A DNA stretch of 56,893 bases, from contig JAYZBV010000033.1 of NCBI GenBank assembly GCA_036338595.1, forward strand, positions 1 to 56,893, given 5' to 3'. The notes under the pieces are model-generated. The model ran no database searches, was not told where the DNA came from, and saw nothing but the letters and a program-made list of their open reading frames with translations. A program made the position numbers and the translations under genes. This document shows, piece after piece, positions 8,698 through 18,416 of this stretch. The stretch's first letter is position 1, and the number at the start of each line of letters is the position of its first letter. Source of the stretch: Planctomycetota bacterium. GTDB taxonomy: Bacteria; Planctomycetota; UBA8108; UBA1146.

Positions 8698-9849
8698 TCA
8701 GCGGGCTCTGCGCGCCTGGTCCGATCGGTTCAGTCTATCGACCAATCTGGCGAGGATCGACTGCAGGTGCTTGCCGGGACAGCCTGTATCTCGCAGATCC
8801 TTGTGGCCATAGATGCGCGAGGGGCGAATCTCGTGCACGGCAGCGAGTGTCCCCAGCAATGAGCCGAGACTCTCCACTTGCGACGAGGTGGGGCGATCTC
8901 GATCAAAATTGCCGATCAGTGCGATGCCGATATTGCCGCGATTGAGCGTGTTGTTGCCGGCGTGTGCGCCCTGGTACTGGATCGATCGGCCCTCCCAGAT
9001 GCGGCCGTCGGCACTGATCAGGTAGTGATAGCCGATGTCGCCCCACTGGAGACTGCCGGTGCAGTAGTCCTGGATGCGGCGCAGGTACTGTTCGGGATCG
9101 CTGACGCCCAGCGATGCGATGGCGGGCTGGTCGGCGGTGTGATGGACGGTGATGCGACTCGGTCGTGTCATCGCAACGATGCGGCGAGTTCGGGGTGGTC
9201 GGGCTTGCCAACTGCTTCGCTTGTGGAGCTGGATTCGCTGCGGAGTTTTCGGCACCGTCACCCGGGGCACCCCCGTCGGCGGTCTCGCGACGACGGTCGG
9301 GCCGGGAGTGACATCGCGCACCCAGATCGATGTGTATTCAGGGAAGCTGCCGTTGCCAGCTGCATTTCGATAGAGCGCAGGCACTGCTTCTCCCAGCTGA
9401 TCGAGTGTGCGTGTGATGAGGTAAGCAGCACGACGGCGCTCTTCGGCTTCGAGGAGAGCCGGGTAGGCTTTCTCGAGTTGATTGAGTCCACTGTTGGTCG
9501 AGCCCGATCTCAGCAGTGCTTCTCCCAGGTAGAGATGAGCGCGAGCCAGATGGGCTCCCGGTCCGAGCAGTCTTCTGGCCATTTCGAGGTGGCGGATCGC
9601 GGCCTCGATCTGACCACTGGCGAGGGCGCAGCGACCGAGCCCGGTGCGAGCGATGCCCCGAACGCTGGCGGCTTTTTCTGGACTCTCCCAGGAGGCAAAG
9701 ATGCTTCGCGCCCGCTCGATGTCACCCGCTTCGAGAGCGCTTTGAGCCTGGACCAGTGCAGCGGGCATGACGGATGTGGTGCGAGGGGGTGGCGTTTGGC
9801 CACAACCACTGATGATCAGCACCGAGATGAGTAGCGAGAATCGCCTCAT
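8698..9849 (-). CDS. TPR-containing lipoprotein with a PGRP/Amidase_2 N-acetylmuramoyl-L-alanine amidase domain
   Basis: Lipobox IISGC; TPR-like helices; ITVHHTA, WGDIGYHYLI, GRIWEGR, GAHAG, GHKD, TGCPG. Start could be 9849 or 9861. Confidence 0.85.
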   Translation of the reverse strand: MRRFSLLISVLIISGCGQTPPPRTTSVMPAALVQAQSALEAGDIERARSIFASWESPEKAASVRGIARTGLGRCALASGQIEAAIRHLEMARRLLGPGAHLARAHLYLGEALLRSGSTNSGLNQLEKAYPALLEAEERRRAAYLITRTLDQLGEAVPALYRNAAGNGSFPEYTSIWVRDVTPGPTVVARPPTGVPRVTVPKTPQRIQLHKRSSWQARPPRTRRIVAMTRPSRITVHHTADQPAIASLGVSDPEQYLRRIQDYCTGSLQWGDIGYHYLISADGRIWEGRSIQYQGAHAGNNTLNRGNIGIALIGNFDRDRPTSSQVESLGSLLGTLAAVHEIRPSRIYGHKDLRDTGCPGKHLQSILARLVDRLNRSDQARRAR

Positions 9850-10195
9850 CACTGGCCGCATCGCTGCCGAAAGCAGCGGATGGGCCCCCATCCCCGTCAT
9901 TGTTGGCTCGCACTCTGGCAACGCCGCACCGGTCTTCCCCCGCGGGAAGATGCCCGCAGGCGCAGCATACCGGAACTGCACTCAGGAACCAAACATCTAG
10001 GGCTGGACTTGATGTAAGGGTTTTGTTAGGGTTGGCCGCCAGCGATCCTCGCGCCAGCTTGCGACCGGGAAAGGGGGGGGCATCGATCCGCTTCCTGCCA
10101 CCTCATCCGCCGACCGAGATCGACCCGTCGATGGCGCCGCTGCCTCGGGTTCAAAGCAGCGGGCGAACCTCGAAACGACAACCCGCAGCGCCACG

Positions 10196-12622
10196 ATGGA
10201 GATCCTCGAAGGGGTCCGTTCGCGCATCGCATCGGCCGATGAACTGGTGGCAATTCGAACCATCGAGGCGCGCCCTGCCGTGGCCGCGACCGAGATTCCA
10301 GCGCTCGAGCAGCGCCTGATCGACCACCTGAAGTCGCGCCAGATCTGGCCCCTTTACAGCCATCAGGCGGAGGCGATGAAAGCGGTTCTCGATGGAGAGC
10401 ACATCGTCGTCGCGTCATCGACCGCCAGCGGCAAGACGCTGTGCAGCACGGTGCCAGTGCTCGATGCGATGATCCGGGATCCGGGCGCCCATGCATTGTT
10501 TCTGTATCCGACCAAGGCGCTGAGCCAGGATCAGCACCGTCACCTGCGCGACATGATCGATGGCATCGGTTTGAGGCTGGAGACGGGGATCTACGACGGC
10601 GATACCGAACCGGTGACGCGGCGCAAGTTACGCAGATCGGGACGCATCATCCTGAGCAATCCGGACATGTTGCACGCCTCGATCTTGCCCAACCACGGCG
10701 GCTGGGCGGCCCTCTTTGCAAATCTGCGCTACGTTGTCATCGATGAGGTCCACACCCTGCGCGGCATCTTCGGATCTCATGTGGCGAGCGTGATCCGGCG
10801 GCTGCGCCGTATCTGTCGCTTTCACGGTTCCGATCCCGTCTTCATCGCCGCCAGCGCCACCATCGCAAACCCAGGTGAGCATGTCGAGAGATTGATCGGG
10901 GAGCCGGTGCGCACCATCACCGAGGATGGGGCGCCACGAGGCCGAAAGCACATCGCATTGTGGAATCCTCCGCTGATTCAGCGCGACGACGGCACCACAT
11001 CGAGGCGGGGTCCGCTGTCGGTGGCGGTACGACTGCTGCCAGAACTGGTGCGCCGAGGCATGCGGACCATCTGCTTTGCCCGCACACGCAACAGTGTCGA
11101 ACTGATCCTGCGTTACATCCGCGAACGCGCTCGTGGCGCACGCGACCGACAACAGGTCGCTTCTCGCATCGATGCCTACCGCGGTGGATACCTGCCGAGC
11201 GAGCGGCGACGCATCGAATCGAAACTGTTTGGCGGAGATCTGGGCGCAGTGGTGACCACCAATGCGCTCGAGGTGGGGATCGATGTCGGAGGACTCGACG
11301 GCTGCATCGTGGTCGGCTGGCCCGGAAGCGTCTGCTCCTTCATGCAACAGTCGGGTCGGGCGGGGCGATCCCACGGCGAGTCGCTGGTGTTTCTGATCGC
11401 GGGCCAGGATCCCATCGATCAGTGGTTCATCCGTCACCCGGATACCCTGTTCGGGAGTAGCCCCGAGAATGCCGTGATCGAGACCGACAACCCTTACATC
11501 GTGGCTCGCCATCTGATCTGTGCGGCCTACGAACTGCCCCTGTCGGGCGCCGACGCCGACCTGATGGGACCGGATGTGCTGGGGATGTGTACCGTTCTGC
11601 AGGAAGAGAATCGGCTGCGCGAGGAGGGGGGGCACTGGTATCTCAGCAGCGATGAATATCCCGCCGCGTCGGTCAGGTTGCGGACCACCAGCGAGGAGAA
11701 CTTCACGATCCTGGAGATGGGGCCCGACCGCATCGTGGGCGAACTCGATTATGTGGCCGCCATGGTCAGCCTGTACGAGGGAGCGATCTACATCCATCGC
11801 ACCGAGACCTTCATCGTCGAGCAGATGGATCATGTCAATTGTCTGGTCAAGATCCGGCGTACCGATACCGGCTACTACACCCAGGCACTGACACAGAAGC
11901 GGGTCACCTTGACAGAGGAATGGTCGAAACGAGAGGAACCCGGAGCCATTCTTCGGCTGGCCGAGGTGGAGGTGCGGACGAGGATCACCGGTTTCAAGAA
12001 GGTCCGCTTTCATTCGATCGAGAACATCGGCTACGGCGAGGTCGATCTTCCGCCACTGGAACTCGATACCGTCAGCCATCAGATCCAACTCGATCGAGAA
12101 ACGGTGCAGGCCGCCGAGCGCTTCGGTACCGGATTCCTGAGATCTGCGATGCACGGCGTGGCGCGACTGTTCAGGGATCTGCTGGCGATCCGCGCCATGT
12201 GTGATCCGACCGATCTCGACCACCATGTCGATGCGGATCGGATGAATATCTACGACCTGTACCCTGGCGGAATCGGTTACTCGGAACTGGGTCATGAAAA
12301 GCACGCGGAGGTGCTCGAAGATGTACTGGAAGCGGTGGTGGAGTGCGACTGCGCTGCGGGTTGTCCTTCCTGCGTGTTGCCCGGATCGTCGAGGGTCGAG
12401 TCGGTGCTGGAAAAGGAGGTGATGGAGTATCCCTATCCGAAGGAGGCGACCCGATGGCTGATTCACCGGCTCACCGGAAGGAAGGAATACCAGCCCGATC
12501 TCACCGGGGTGGTGGCCACCGTGCCAGCTGCCCCGAAGCCACCGGAGCCGCTGCTCGATGACCGCACCGAGCGCAAGGTCAGAAAGGTCGCCCGCTGGAA
12601 GCGAAAGGGGGGGCGTTCGTGA
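10196..12622 (+). CDS. DEAD/DEAH-box helicase with DUF1998 Zn-binding domain (MrfA/YprA/SftH family)
   Basis: LYSHQAEA, TASGKT, LYPTKALSQDQ, DEVH, SATIANP, TNALEVGIDVG, QQSGRAGR, YDLYPGGIG, CDCAAGCPSC. Confidence 0.92.
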   Translation: MEILEGVRSRIASADELVAIRTIEARPAVAATEIPALEQRLIDHLKSRQIWPLYSHQAEAMKAVLDGEHIVVASSTASGKTLCSTVPVLDAMIRDPGAHALFLYPTKALSQDQHRHLRDMIDGIGLRLETGIYDGDTEPVTRRKLRRSGRIILSNPDMLHASILPNHGGWAALFANLRYVVIDEVHTLRGIFGSHVASVIRRLRRICRFHGSDPVFIAASATIANPGEHVERLIGEPVRTITEDGAPRGRKHIALWNPPLIQRDDGTTSRRGPLSVAVRLLPELVRRGMRTICFARTRNSVELILRYIRERARGARDRQQVASRIDAYRGGYLPSERRRIESKLFGGDLGAVVTTNALEVGIDVGGLDGCIVVGWPGSVCSFMQQSGRAGRSHGESLVFLIAGQDPIDQWFIRHPDTLFGSSPENAVIETDNPYIVARHLICAAYELPLSGADADLMGPDVLGMCTVLQEENRLREEGGHWYLSSDEYPAASVRLRTTSEENFTILEMGPDRIVGELDYVAAMVSLYEGAIYIHRTETFIVEQMDHVNCLVKIRRTDTGYYTQALTQKRVTLTEEWSKREEPGAILRLAEVEVRTRITGFKKVRFHSIENIGYGEVDLPPLELDTVSHQIQLDRETVQAAERFGTGFLRSAMHGVARLFRDLLAIRAMCDPTDLDHHVDADRMNIYDLYPGGIGYSELGHEKHAEVLEDVLEAVVECDCAAGCPSCVLPGSSRVESVLEKEVMEYPYPKEATRWLIHRLTGRKEYQPDLTGVVATVPAAPKPPEPLLDDRTERKVRKVARWKRKGGRS

Positions 12623-13365
12623 AGCGGGACTCGCAGGAACGCCTGCGGCGATCTTTGCGAAGATCATCGCAAGAGGCATCTCGTCGAGCAGCACAGCGAT
12701 CGACTGGGTTATCTACTGGGCGATCCACTTCGGTGGATACCGGCAGATCCCCGACGATTCCCGAAGATTTCGATGCCATCGTCGATCATCGCGTCGACAG
12801 CGACATCATCGAACAGACTCCCCACGATGCGTTATTTCTCGATCTCGAGACGACCGGTTTGCGAGCGGACCGGTCGCTGGCATCGATGATCGGGTTCCTC
12901 CATCGGGAACAGGACTCGCTGCGACTGCAGCAGTGGTACAGCGGAGATGTTCGGATGGAGCGTCGGCAACTGGAGCGGCTGCATCGATTGCTGGAACGAT
13001 TCGATCGGGTGGTGACCTATAACGGCAATGGCTTCGATCTGCCCTTCTTGCGCACCCGATGGCGCTGGCATCGCCTGAGTGGCATCACCGGTGCCCTCGA
13101 ATCGGAAGATCTGCTGGTCGAGGTGAGGAAACGGTACCGCAAGCAGTGGCCCGATTGTCGCCTGACGACGGCAGAGGAGCGATTGCTGGCCACTCCCCGT
13201 CAGGGTGACGATGTGCCCGGAAGCGAGGCGCCGCTTCGATTCCAGGATCTGCGCGAAGGTGCCCCGGTATCGGTGATCGAGCCGGTGTTCGAACACAACC
13301 GCCGAGATCTGATCTCGCTGGTGGCATTGAGAATCGCCCTGCAAGGGGTGACAATCGATCGATAG
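12619..13365 (+). CDS. YprB/MrfB-like RNase H-fold DEDD exonuclease
   Basis: LFLDLETTGL, VTYNGNGFDLPFL, DDVPGSEAP, HNRRDL; GTGA overlap with the helicase. Confidence 0.85.
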   Translation: MKRDSQERLRRSLRRSSQEASRRAAQRSTGLSTGRSTSVDTGRSPTIPEDFDAIVDHRVDSDIIEQTPHDALFLDLETTGLRADRSLASMIGFLHREQDSLRLQQWYSGDVRMERRQLERLHRLLERFDRVVTYNGNGFDLPFLRTRWRWHRLSGITGALESEDLLVEVRKRYRKQWPDCRLTTAEERLLATPRQGDDVPGSEAPLRFQDLREGAPVSVIEPVFEHNRRDLISLVALRIALQGVTIDR

Positions 13366-13423
13366 AGGGAGTTACAGAGGCTCCCACCAGACGACCTGTA
13401 AGATCACCGCTGGAGCCGCCACC

Positions 13424-14011
13424 ATGTTCGAAGATTTCGATTCGCTCACCGACCTTGAGATCGAAGCGGGCGATCTGTTGATCGCGACGCCGATGCTGAG
13501 CGACCCCAACTTTCATCGAACGGTGATTCTCATCTGTGATCATGACCTGGAGGGTTCCTTCGGGCTGGTGATCAATCGGCCGACCCAGATCCCTGTCGAT
13601 CGTGTGCTGGAAGCGATGGATGCCGAAGGAACCTCGAGTACTTGCGTCCAGTTCGGTGGACCCGTCGAGAGCGACAAGGTGTTTGCACTGGTCCATGGAC
13701 AGGGTCACTCGCAGCAGGATCGCGAGGTCGGCAGCGGCATCTACTTGCCGGAAGATCTCACCCGATCGATCGAAAGAATCCGATCCGGTTCCGAGTCTGT
13801 CGAGCACTACCTGTTCTTTCTCGGCTACTCGGGTTGGGGGGCAGGCCAGCTGGAGCAGGAGGTCCGGGATCAATCGTGGGTGCTCTCGAAGGGTGCGCAG
13901 GTCGGACTGTTCCAGACGCCTGCCGATCAGATGTGGGCCAGGCTGCTCGGGGAGATGGGTGGAGAGCAGACACTCTGGTCCTGGATGCCCCCGGATCCGG
14001 GCTTGAACTGA
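13424..14011 (+). CDS. YqgE/AlgH family protein (DUF179)
   Basis: LLIATPMLSDPNFHRTVIL, FGLVINRP, GGPV, FLGYSGWGAGQLEQE, C-terminal PPDPGLN. Confidence 0.9.
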   Translation: MFEDFDSLTDLEIEAGDLLIATPMLSDPNFHRTVILICDHDLEGSFGLVINRPTQIPVDRVLEAMDAEGTSSTCVQFGGPVESDKVFALVHGQGHSQQDREVGSGIYLPEDLTRSIERIRSGSESVEHYLFFLGYSGWGAGQLEQEVRDQSWVLSKGAQVGLFQTPADQMWARLLGEMGGEQTLWSWMPPDPGLN

Positions 14012-14062
14012 CCGGATCCGGAGGCTCCTGGATCTGAGTGATGGCGGGCGGGACCAGAATCT

Positions 14063-14659
14063 TCAGGCAGACTCGATCGTCGACTGGATCATCATCAAGG
14101 GTTCCGAGGTGGCACCGTTACCGGAGCCGCGCTTTTCCAGTGCTTCGAGCACCGGCTGCCCCTCGATCACTTCCCCGTAGACGGTGTGTTTGTCATCGAG
14201 ATGCGGAGTCGGAGTGAAGGTGATGAAGAACTGGCTGCCGTCGGTGCCGGGGCCTGCGTTGGCCATCGAGAGCAAGCCGCGACGGTCATGACGCGCTTCG
14301 GATGAGAACTCTCCCTCGAACTTATAGCCGGGACCGCCCATGCCGGTTCCCTCGGGACATCCGCCCTGTGCCATGAATCCGGTGATGACCCGATGGAAGT
14401 TGAGGTCGTTGTAAAATCCCAACTCGGTCAGGTACATCGTGTTGCGGACATGATCGGGAGCCACATCGGGCAGTAGACGCGCCTTCATGGTGCCGTGGTT
14501 GGTCTCGATCACCCAGTAGATCTCATCCTCAGCAGAGAGGGTGGTCTCGGGGAAGCGAGGCAGGGCAGTTCTCCAGCTTGCCGACGATGTGTCGATCTCG
14601 CCAGCTTCCTTGAGCGCTGCAACGGCTTCCTTCATCGCATCGATGCTGTCGTTACTCAT
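14063..14659 (-). CDS. Cyclophilin-type peptidyl-prolyl isomerase (no signal peptide)
   Basis: FHRVITGFMAQGGCPEGTGMGGPG, LSMANAGPGTDGSQFFIT, HLDDKHTVYG; ATGA overlap with the upstream paralog. Confidence 0.9.
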   Translation of the reverse strand: MSNDSIDAMKEAVAALKEAGEIDTSSASWRTALPRFPETTLSAEDEIYWVIETNHGTMKARLLPDVAPDHVRNTMYLTELGFYNDLNFHRVITGFMAQGGCPEGTGMGGPGYKFEGEFSSEARHDRRGLLSMANAGPGTDGSQFFITFTPTPHLDDKHTVYGEVIEGQPVLEALEKRGSGNGATSEPLMMIQSTIESA

Positions 14660-15438
14660 CGGTTCTCCTTCTGGGTCGGTTCCTTCTTGGCCGGTTCTTT
14701 CTTTTCGACTTTCTTTTCGACTTTCTTCTTCTTCGAGGCACCTTTGGTTTCGATCGCCACCGTCGCTTTTTCGATCTTCACAGATTCCGTGGTGCGCCCC
14801 GCTCTGGACCCGACCTTCTCGATCGACTTGAGGGTGGGTTCGCCAGCACGCACCTTGCCGAAGATGGTGTGTTTTCCGTCGAGCCACGGTGTCTCTTTGA
14901 AGGTGATGAAGAACTGGCTGCCATCGGTATTTGGCCCCGAGTTGGCCATCGAGAGCAGGCCGCCCCGAGTGTGCCTTACCTGCGAATCAAACTCGCCGGC
15001 GAAGCGATATCCTGGATTGCCACGACCGCTTCCCTGTGGGCAACCGCCCTGCGCCATGAAGCCAGGAATGACCCGATGGAAGTTGAGATCGTCGAAGAAT
15101 CCCAGTTCCGTCAGGTAGATGAAGTTGGCGACATGATTTGGCGCCACATCGGGGAGGAACTCGATCTCGATCTCTCCCTTGGTTGTCTTCAGTTTCCAGA
15201 TATAGGTACTGGTCGCAGGGAACTGGACCGCCGGAAACTTGGGCAGGCGGGATTTCCAACCCGTTGTATCCTTCTGGAGAGCTCCAGAACTGGTTTGCTC
15301 GGCAATGAAGGTCTGCATCTTCACAATTACCGGGTCCTTGCTCTTCTCTTCATCTCCTGTGGCAAAGGAAAGGGCAGGAACCTGCACTGCCAGGAGCAGC
15401 GCAGTGAAACACAGTCCACTGATGATCATCTTCTTCAT
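14656..15438 (-). CDS. Cyclophilin-type peptidyl-prolyl isomerase, exported, with Lys-rich tail
   Basis: AAGGAG RBS; signal peptide MKKMIISGLCFTALLLA; FHRVIPGFMAQGG; SMANSGPNTDGSQFFIT; WLDGKHTIFG. Confidence 0.9.
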   Translation of the reverse strand: MKKMIISGLCFTALLLAVQVPALSFATGDEEKSKDPVIVKMQTFIAEQTSSGALQKDTTGWKSRLPKFPAVQFPATSTYIWKLKTTKGEIEIEFLPDVAPNHVANFIYLTELGFFDDLNFHRVIPGFMAQGGCPQGSGRGNPGYRFAGEFDSQVRHTRGGLLSMANSGPNTDGSQFFITFKETPWLDGKHTIFGKVRAGEPTLKSIEKVGSRAGRTTESVKIEKATVAIETKGASKKKKVEKKVEKKEPAKKEPTQKENR

Positions 15439-15467
15439 CTCGATCTCCTTGTCTCTTCTAATCAGTA

Positions 15468-17189
15468 TTACGAACTGGAGTTTTCCAGCATTTCGATCTC
15501 TTCGCGGACCATTCCGATCAGGTCCTCGAGCATCTCCTGTGAAAAGTCGAATTTGATTCCAGCACCCGCGTATAGTTCTGGGAGTGAGCGGGTGTTTCCA
15601 AGTGCCAGGCCGGCACGATAACTCTGAATCGCACCATCCGTGTCCTTGCGATGATTTCTCCACACCTGCAGTGCTCCCAGTTGAGCGATCGCGTACTCGA
15701 TGTAGTAGAAAGGAACACCGAACAGGTGCGACTGACGCAACCAGCGGTTCTCTCTGACATGCTCGAAGCCGCTCCAGTCCATCTCCTTGGTACTGAATCG
15801 GTCCATGATGCCGAGCCATGTCTGGGCTCGGTCTTCCCTGGAGTGGCCCGGGTTGGTGTAGAGCCAGTGCTGGAAGGAGTCGATCATCGCCACCCATGGG
15901 AACAGGCTGACGACACCTTCGAGGTGTTCGATGCGAGCGCGTGTGATCTGATCCGGATCCTTGTAGAAGACATCGAGGTGAGGCGCACCCAGCAGTTCCA
16001 TCGCCATCGAGGCGACCTCGCAGAACTCGATCGGGGCGCCACGGTTGGCAATCAGTTCGTGGTGGCGGGATTCGATGCTGTGGAAAGCGTGCCCACCCTC
16101 GTGGAGGAGCGTCTCGACATCACCCTGTTTTCCGGCAGCGTTCATGAAGATGAAGGGAACCCGGATCTCCTCGAAGTTGTACTGGTAGCCGCCGGGTGCC
16201 TTGTTCTTGCGGGAATCGAGATCGAGCAGTTCGCCGTCGATCAGCAGGCTGAACATCTTCTGAAGATCGGGATGAACCTCGCCGAAGATCTGGCTGCAGC
16301 CATCGATCAGGTTCGTATCCCCCTCGAGAGGGCGAAGCGGTGGCCTTCCCTTCGGGTCGACAGATGAATCCCAGGGCCTCAGTCGATCTACTCCGAGAGT
16401 CTCGCGACGCCTTGCGGCTCGTTCCTGGACAAAAGGTAAGATCACCTTCTCGATGGAGTCGTGAAATTGCATGCACTCCGGAGGGCCGTAATCGAATCGT
16501 TCGAGCTGACGAAAACGTAATGTTCTGTAGTTGTCCATGCCGGCGTTGAGCGCCATCTGATGGCGAAGTTCCAGTTGCTTGTCAAAGATGTCCTGCATCG
16601 CTTCGTTGTCCTGGCCGAATCGGTCCCAGATGGCGCGAAATGCTGCTTCACGCCGATCTCGGTCCGTTTCTTCCAGGATTCTGCCCATGAAGGGGATGGT
16701 GCGCGTCTCTCCGTCGAACTCGATGGTCATGGCACCGACTACCTTGTCGTACTCGGCGTCTAGCTTTGCTTCCTCGGTCTGCAGTGGGATATTTTCCTCG
16801 CGGAACAACTCCACGCTATTGCGAACCGATTTGACCCATGTACCGAATTCTTCGGTCGGAAGGGAATCGAGTGCTCCGGATGCGATGAATTTTCGATCCA
16901 TGTCGAACATGATCTTCTTGAGCCCTGGACGGATCTTCTCGATCCATTCCATGTAGCGGGCAGTGATCGCCTCGTCAGTGGTGTAGCAGGTGTGGTCGAC
17001 GTACCTGCGCGCACCCTCCTCCGCCAGCACGGCGTCGACTTCACTCCACTCTCTGCACCAGTTGAGCAGAGATTCCTGGTCCTCGATGTCTCGATCGAGC
17101 AGTTCGAGGTAGATCGCCTCGATCGATTCGAGGCTGCTGGCAGTGAAATCCTCGGCGAGGAATCGGCGCGGAAACGCTGTTTTTTGCAT
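15468..17189 (-). CDS. M3 family oligoendopeptidase F
   Basis: RKNKAPGGY, PFIFMN, LLHEGGHAFH (HExxH), EFCEVASMAME, PFYYIEYAIAQLGALQ. Confidence 0.9.
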   Translation of the reverse strand: MQKTAFPRRFLAEDFTASSLESIEAIYLELLDRDIEDQESLLNWCREWSEVDAVLAEEGARRYVDHTCYTTDEAITARYMEWIEKIRPGLKKIMFDMDRKFIASGALDSLPTEEFGTWVKSVRNSVELFREENIPLQTEEAKLDAEYDKVVGAMTIEFDGETRTIPFMGRILEETDRDRREAAFRAIWDRFGQDNEAMQDIFDKQLELRHQMALNAGMDNYRTLRFRQLERFDYGPPECMQFHDSIEKVILPFVQERAARRRETLGVDRLRPWDSSVDPKGRPPLRPLEGDTNLIDGCSQIFGEVHPDLQKMFSLLIDGELLDLDSRKNKAPGGYQYNFEEIRVPFIFMNAAGKQGDVETLLHEGGHAFHSIESRHHELIANRGAPIEFCEVASMAMELLGAPHLDVFYKDPDQITRARIEHLEGVVSLFPWVAMIDSFQHWLYTNPGHSREDRAQTWLGIMDRFSTKEMDWSGFEHVRENRWLRQSHLFGVPFYYIEYAIAQLGALQVWRNHRKDTDGAIQSYRAGLALGNTRSLPELYAGAGIKFDFSQEMLEDLIGMVREEIEMLENSSS

Positions 17190-17295
17190 CTGTGATTTTC
17201 CCTTTCTGGGGACGAATCGGCGGTTGCCCTGAGCAGTCAGGAGGTGGATTCTAACCGCTGAGAGCAGTGGAATCACCGAGACCTGCAGAAACGGA

Positions 17296-18321
17296 GTGGG
17301 CCAATTGAGAAGATATGAGGGGCAACCTGGTACCGTCGAGGTGGTCGAACATCGCTCCGAACTGCTGATGAACAACCCGCTGGGCGATTCTCCAGTGCGA
17401 CAGGTCGCCATCTGGACACCTCCGGGCTATCACGATGGCACCGATCAGCGCTATCCGTTGCTGGTCGATCTGGCCGGATTCACCGGCAGTGGATTGAAAC
17501 ATCTGGGCTGGACGGCTTTCACCGAGAACCTGCCCGAACGCCTCGATCGGCTCGTCGGAACCGGCCAGATGAAACCGTGCATCGTTGCCATGCCCGATGG
17601 ATACACGTCTCTTGGCGGCAACCAGTACATCGATTCCCCTGCGGTGGGGCCATGGGCCAGTTATCTGGTCGAGGAACTGGTGCCCTTCATCGATTCGAAG
17701 TGGCGAACCATCCCCGGGCGAGATCATCGGGGTGTGTTCGGGAAATCCTCTGGAGGTTACGGAGCCATCGTTCACGGCATGTTGCACTCCGATACATGGG
17801 GTGCCATCGCCTGTCACAGTGGCGACATGTACTTTCCATATGGTTACCTGCCCGATTTTCCCGTGGCTCTGGATGTCCTGCGAAGAACGGGAGGCAAGGA
17901 GGCCTTCCTTGAGAAGTTCCGTGCCAAGGTGAAGCCCAAGCATGCGGATGTGATGACGCTGATGATTCTGGCCATGGCTGCGTTCTATGATCCCGATCGG
18001 GAGAAACCGGGGGAATACCACCTGCCGTTCGATCTCGAAACCGGAGAGATCATCTCCGAGAGGTGGCAATGCTGGCTCGAACACGATCCGGTTCAGATGG
18101 TCGACCGACATGCAGATGCATTGAAGTCGATGAAGTTACTATTTATCGACTGTGGATACCGCGATCAGTTTCGGCTTCACCATGGTGCCCGGATGCTGGC
18201 CAAGAGATTGCGAGAATTATCGATCACTCACATCCATGAGGAATTTGATGACGACCATTCCTCCGTCGATTACAGGCTCGACGAGTCCTTACCACGGCTT
18301 GCCGAGGCACTCTCTCCCTGA
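17296..18321 (+). CDS. Alpha/beta hydrolase, enterochelin-esterase-like
   Basis: WTPPGY, RYPLL, LGGNQYIDS, ELVPFID, nucleophile elbow GKSSGGYG, DCG..DQF, EEFDDDH. Confidence 0.85.
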   Translation: MGQLRRYEGQPGTVEVVEHRSELLMNNPLGDSPVRQVAIWTPPGYHDGTDQRYPLLVDLAGFTGSGLKHLGWTAFTENLPERLDRLVGTGQMKPCIVAMPDGYTSLGGNQYIDSPAVGPWASYLVEELVPFIDSKWRTIPGRDHRGVFGKSSGGYGAIVHGMLHSDTWGAIACHSGDMYFPYGYLPDFPVALDVLRRTGGKEAFLEKFRAKVKPKHADVMTLMILAMAAFYDPDREKPGEYHLPFDLETGEIISERWQCWLEHDPVQMVDRHADALKSMKLLFIDCGYRDQFRLHHGARMLAKRLRELSITHIHEEFDDDHSSVDYRLDESLPRLAEALSP

Positions 18322-18349
18322 TGGATCGCCTGCAGCGCTGGGGTCATCG

Positions 18350-18387
18350 AAAAAGGCTCCCACCGTATCGACGGTGGGAGCCTTTTT
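18350..18387. terminator. Bidirectional intrinsic terminator
   Basis: AAAAAGGCTCCCACCGT-ATCG-ACGGTGGGAGCCTTTTT between convergent genes. Confidence 0.85.
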
Positions 18388-18416
18388 CTTGGAGGTTTGT
18401 TTCCAGAGATTCTGGT

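Noticed and set aside
10628..12694. 688-aa antisense ORF
   Set aside because: Shadow of the helicase gene in GC-rich DNA with no recognisable motifs.
1..13000. Apparently higher GC at the left end as a horizontally acquired island
   Set aside because: This is an impression by eye that I could not quantify. The genes share domain types with the rest of the window, and no mobility genes or boundary repeats were seen.
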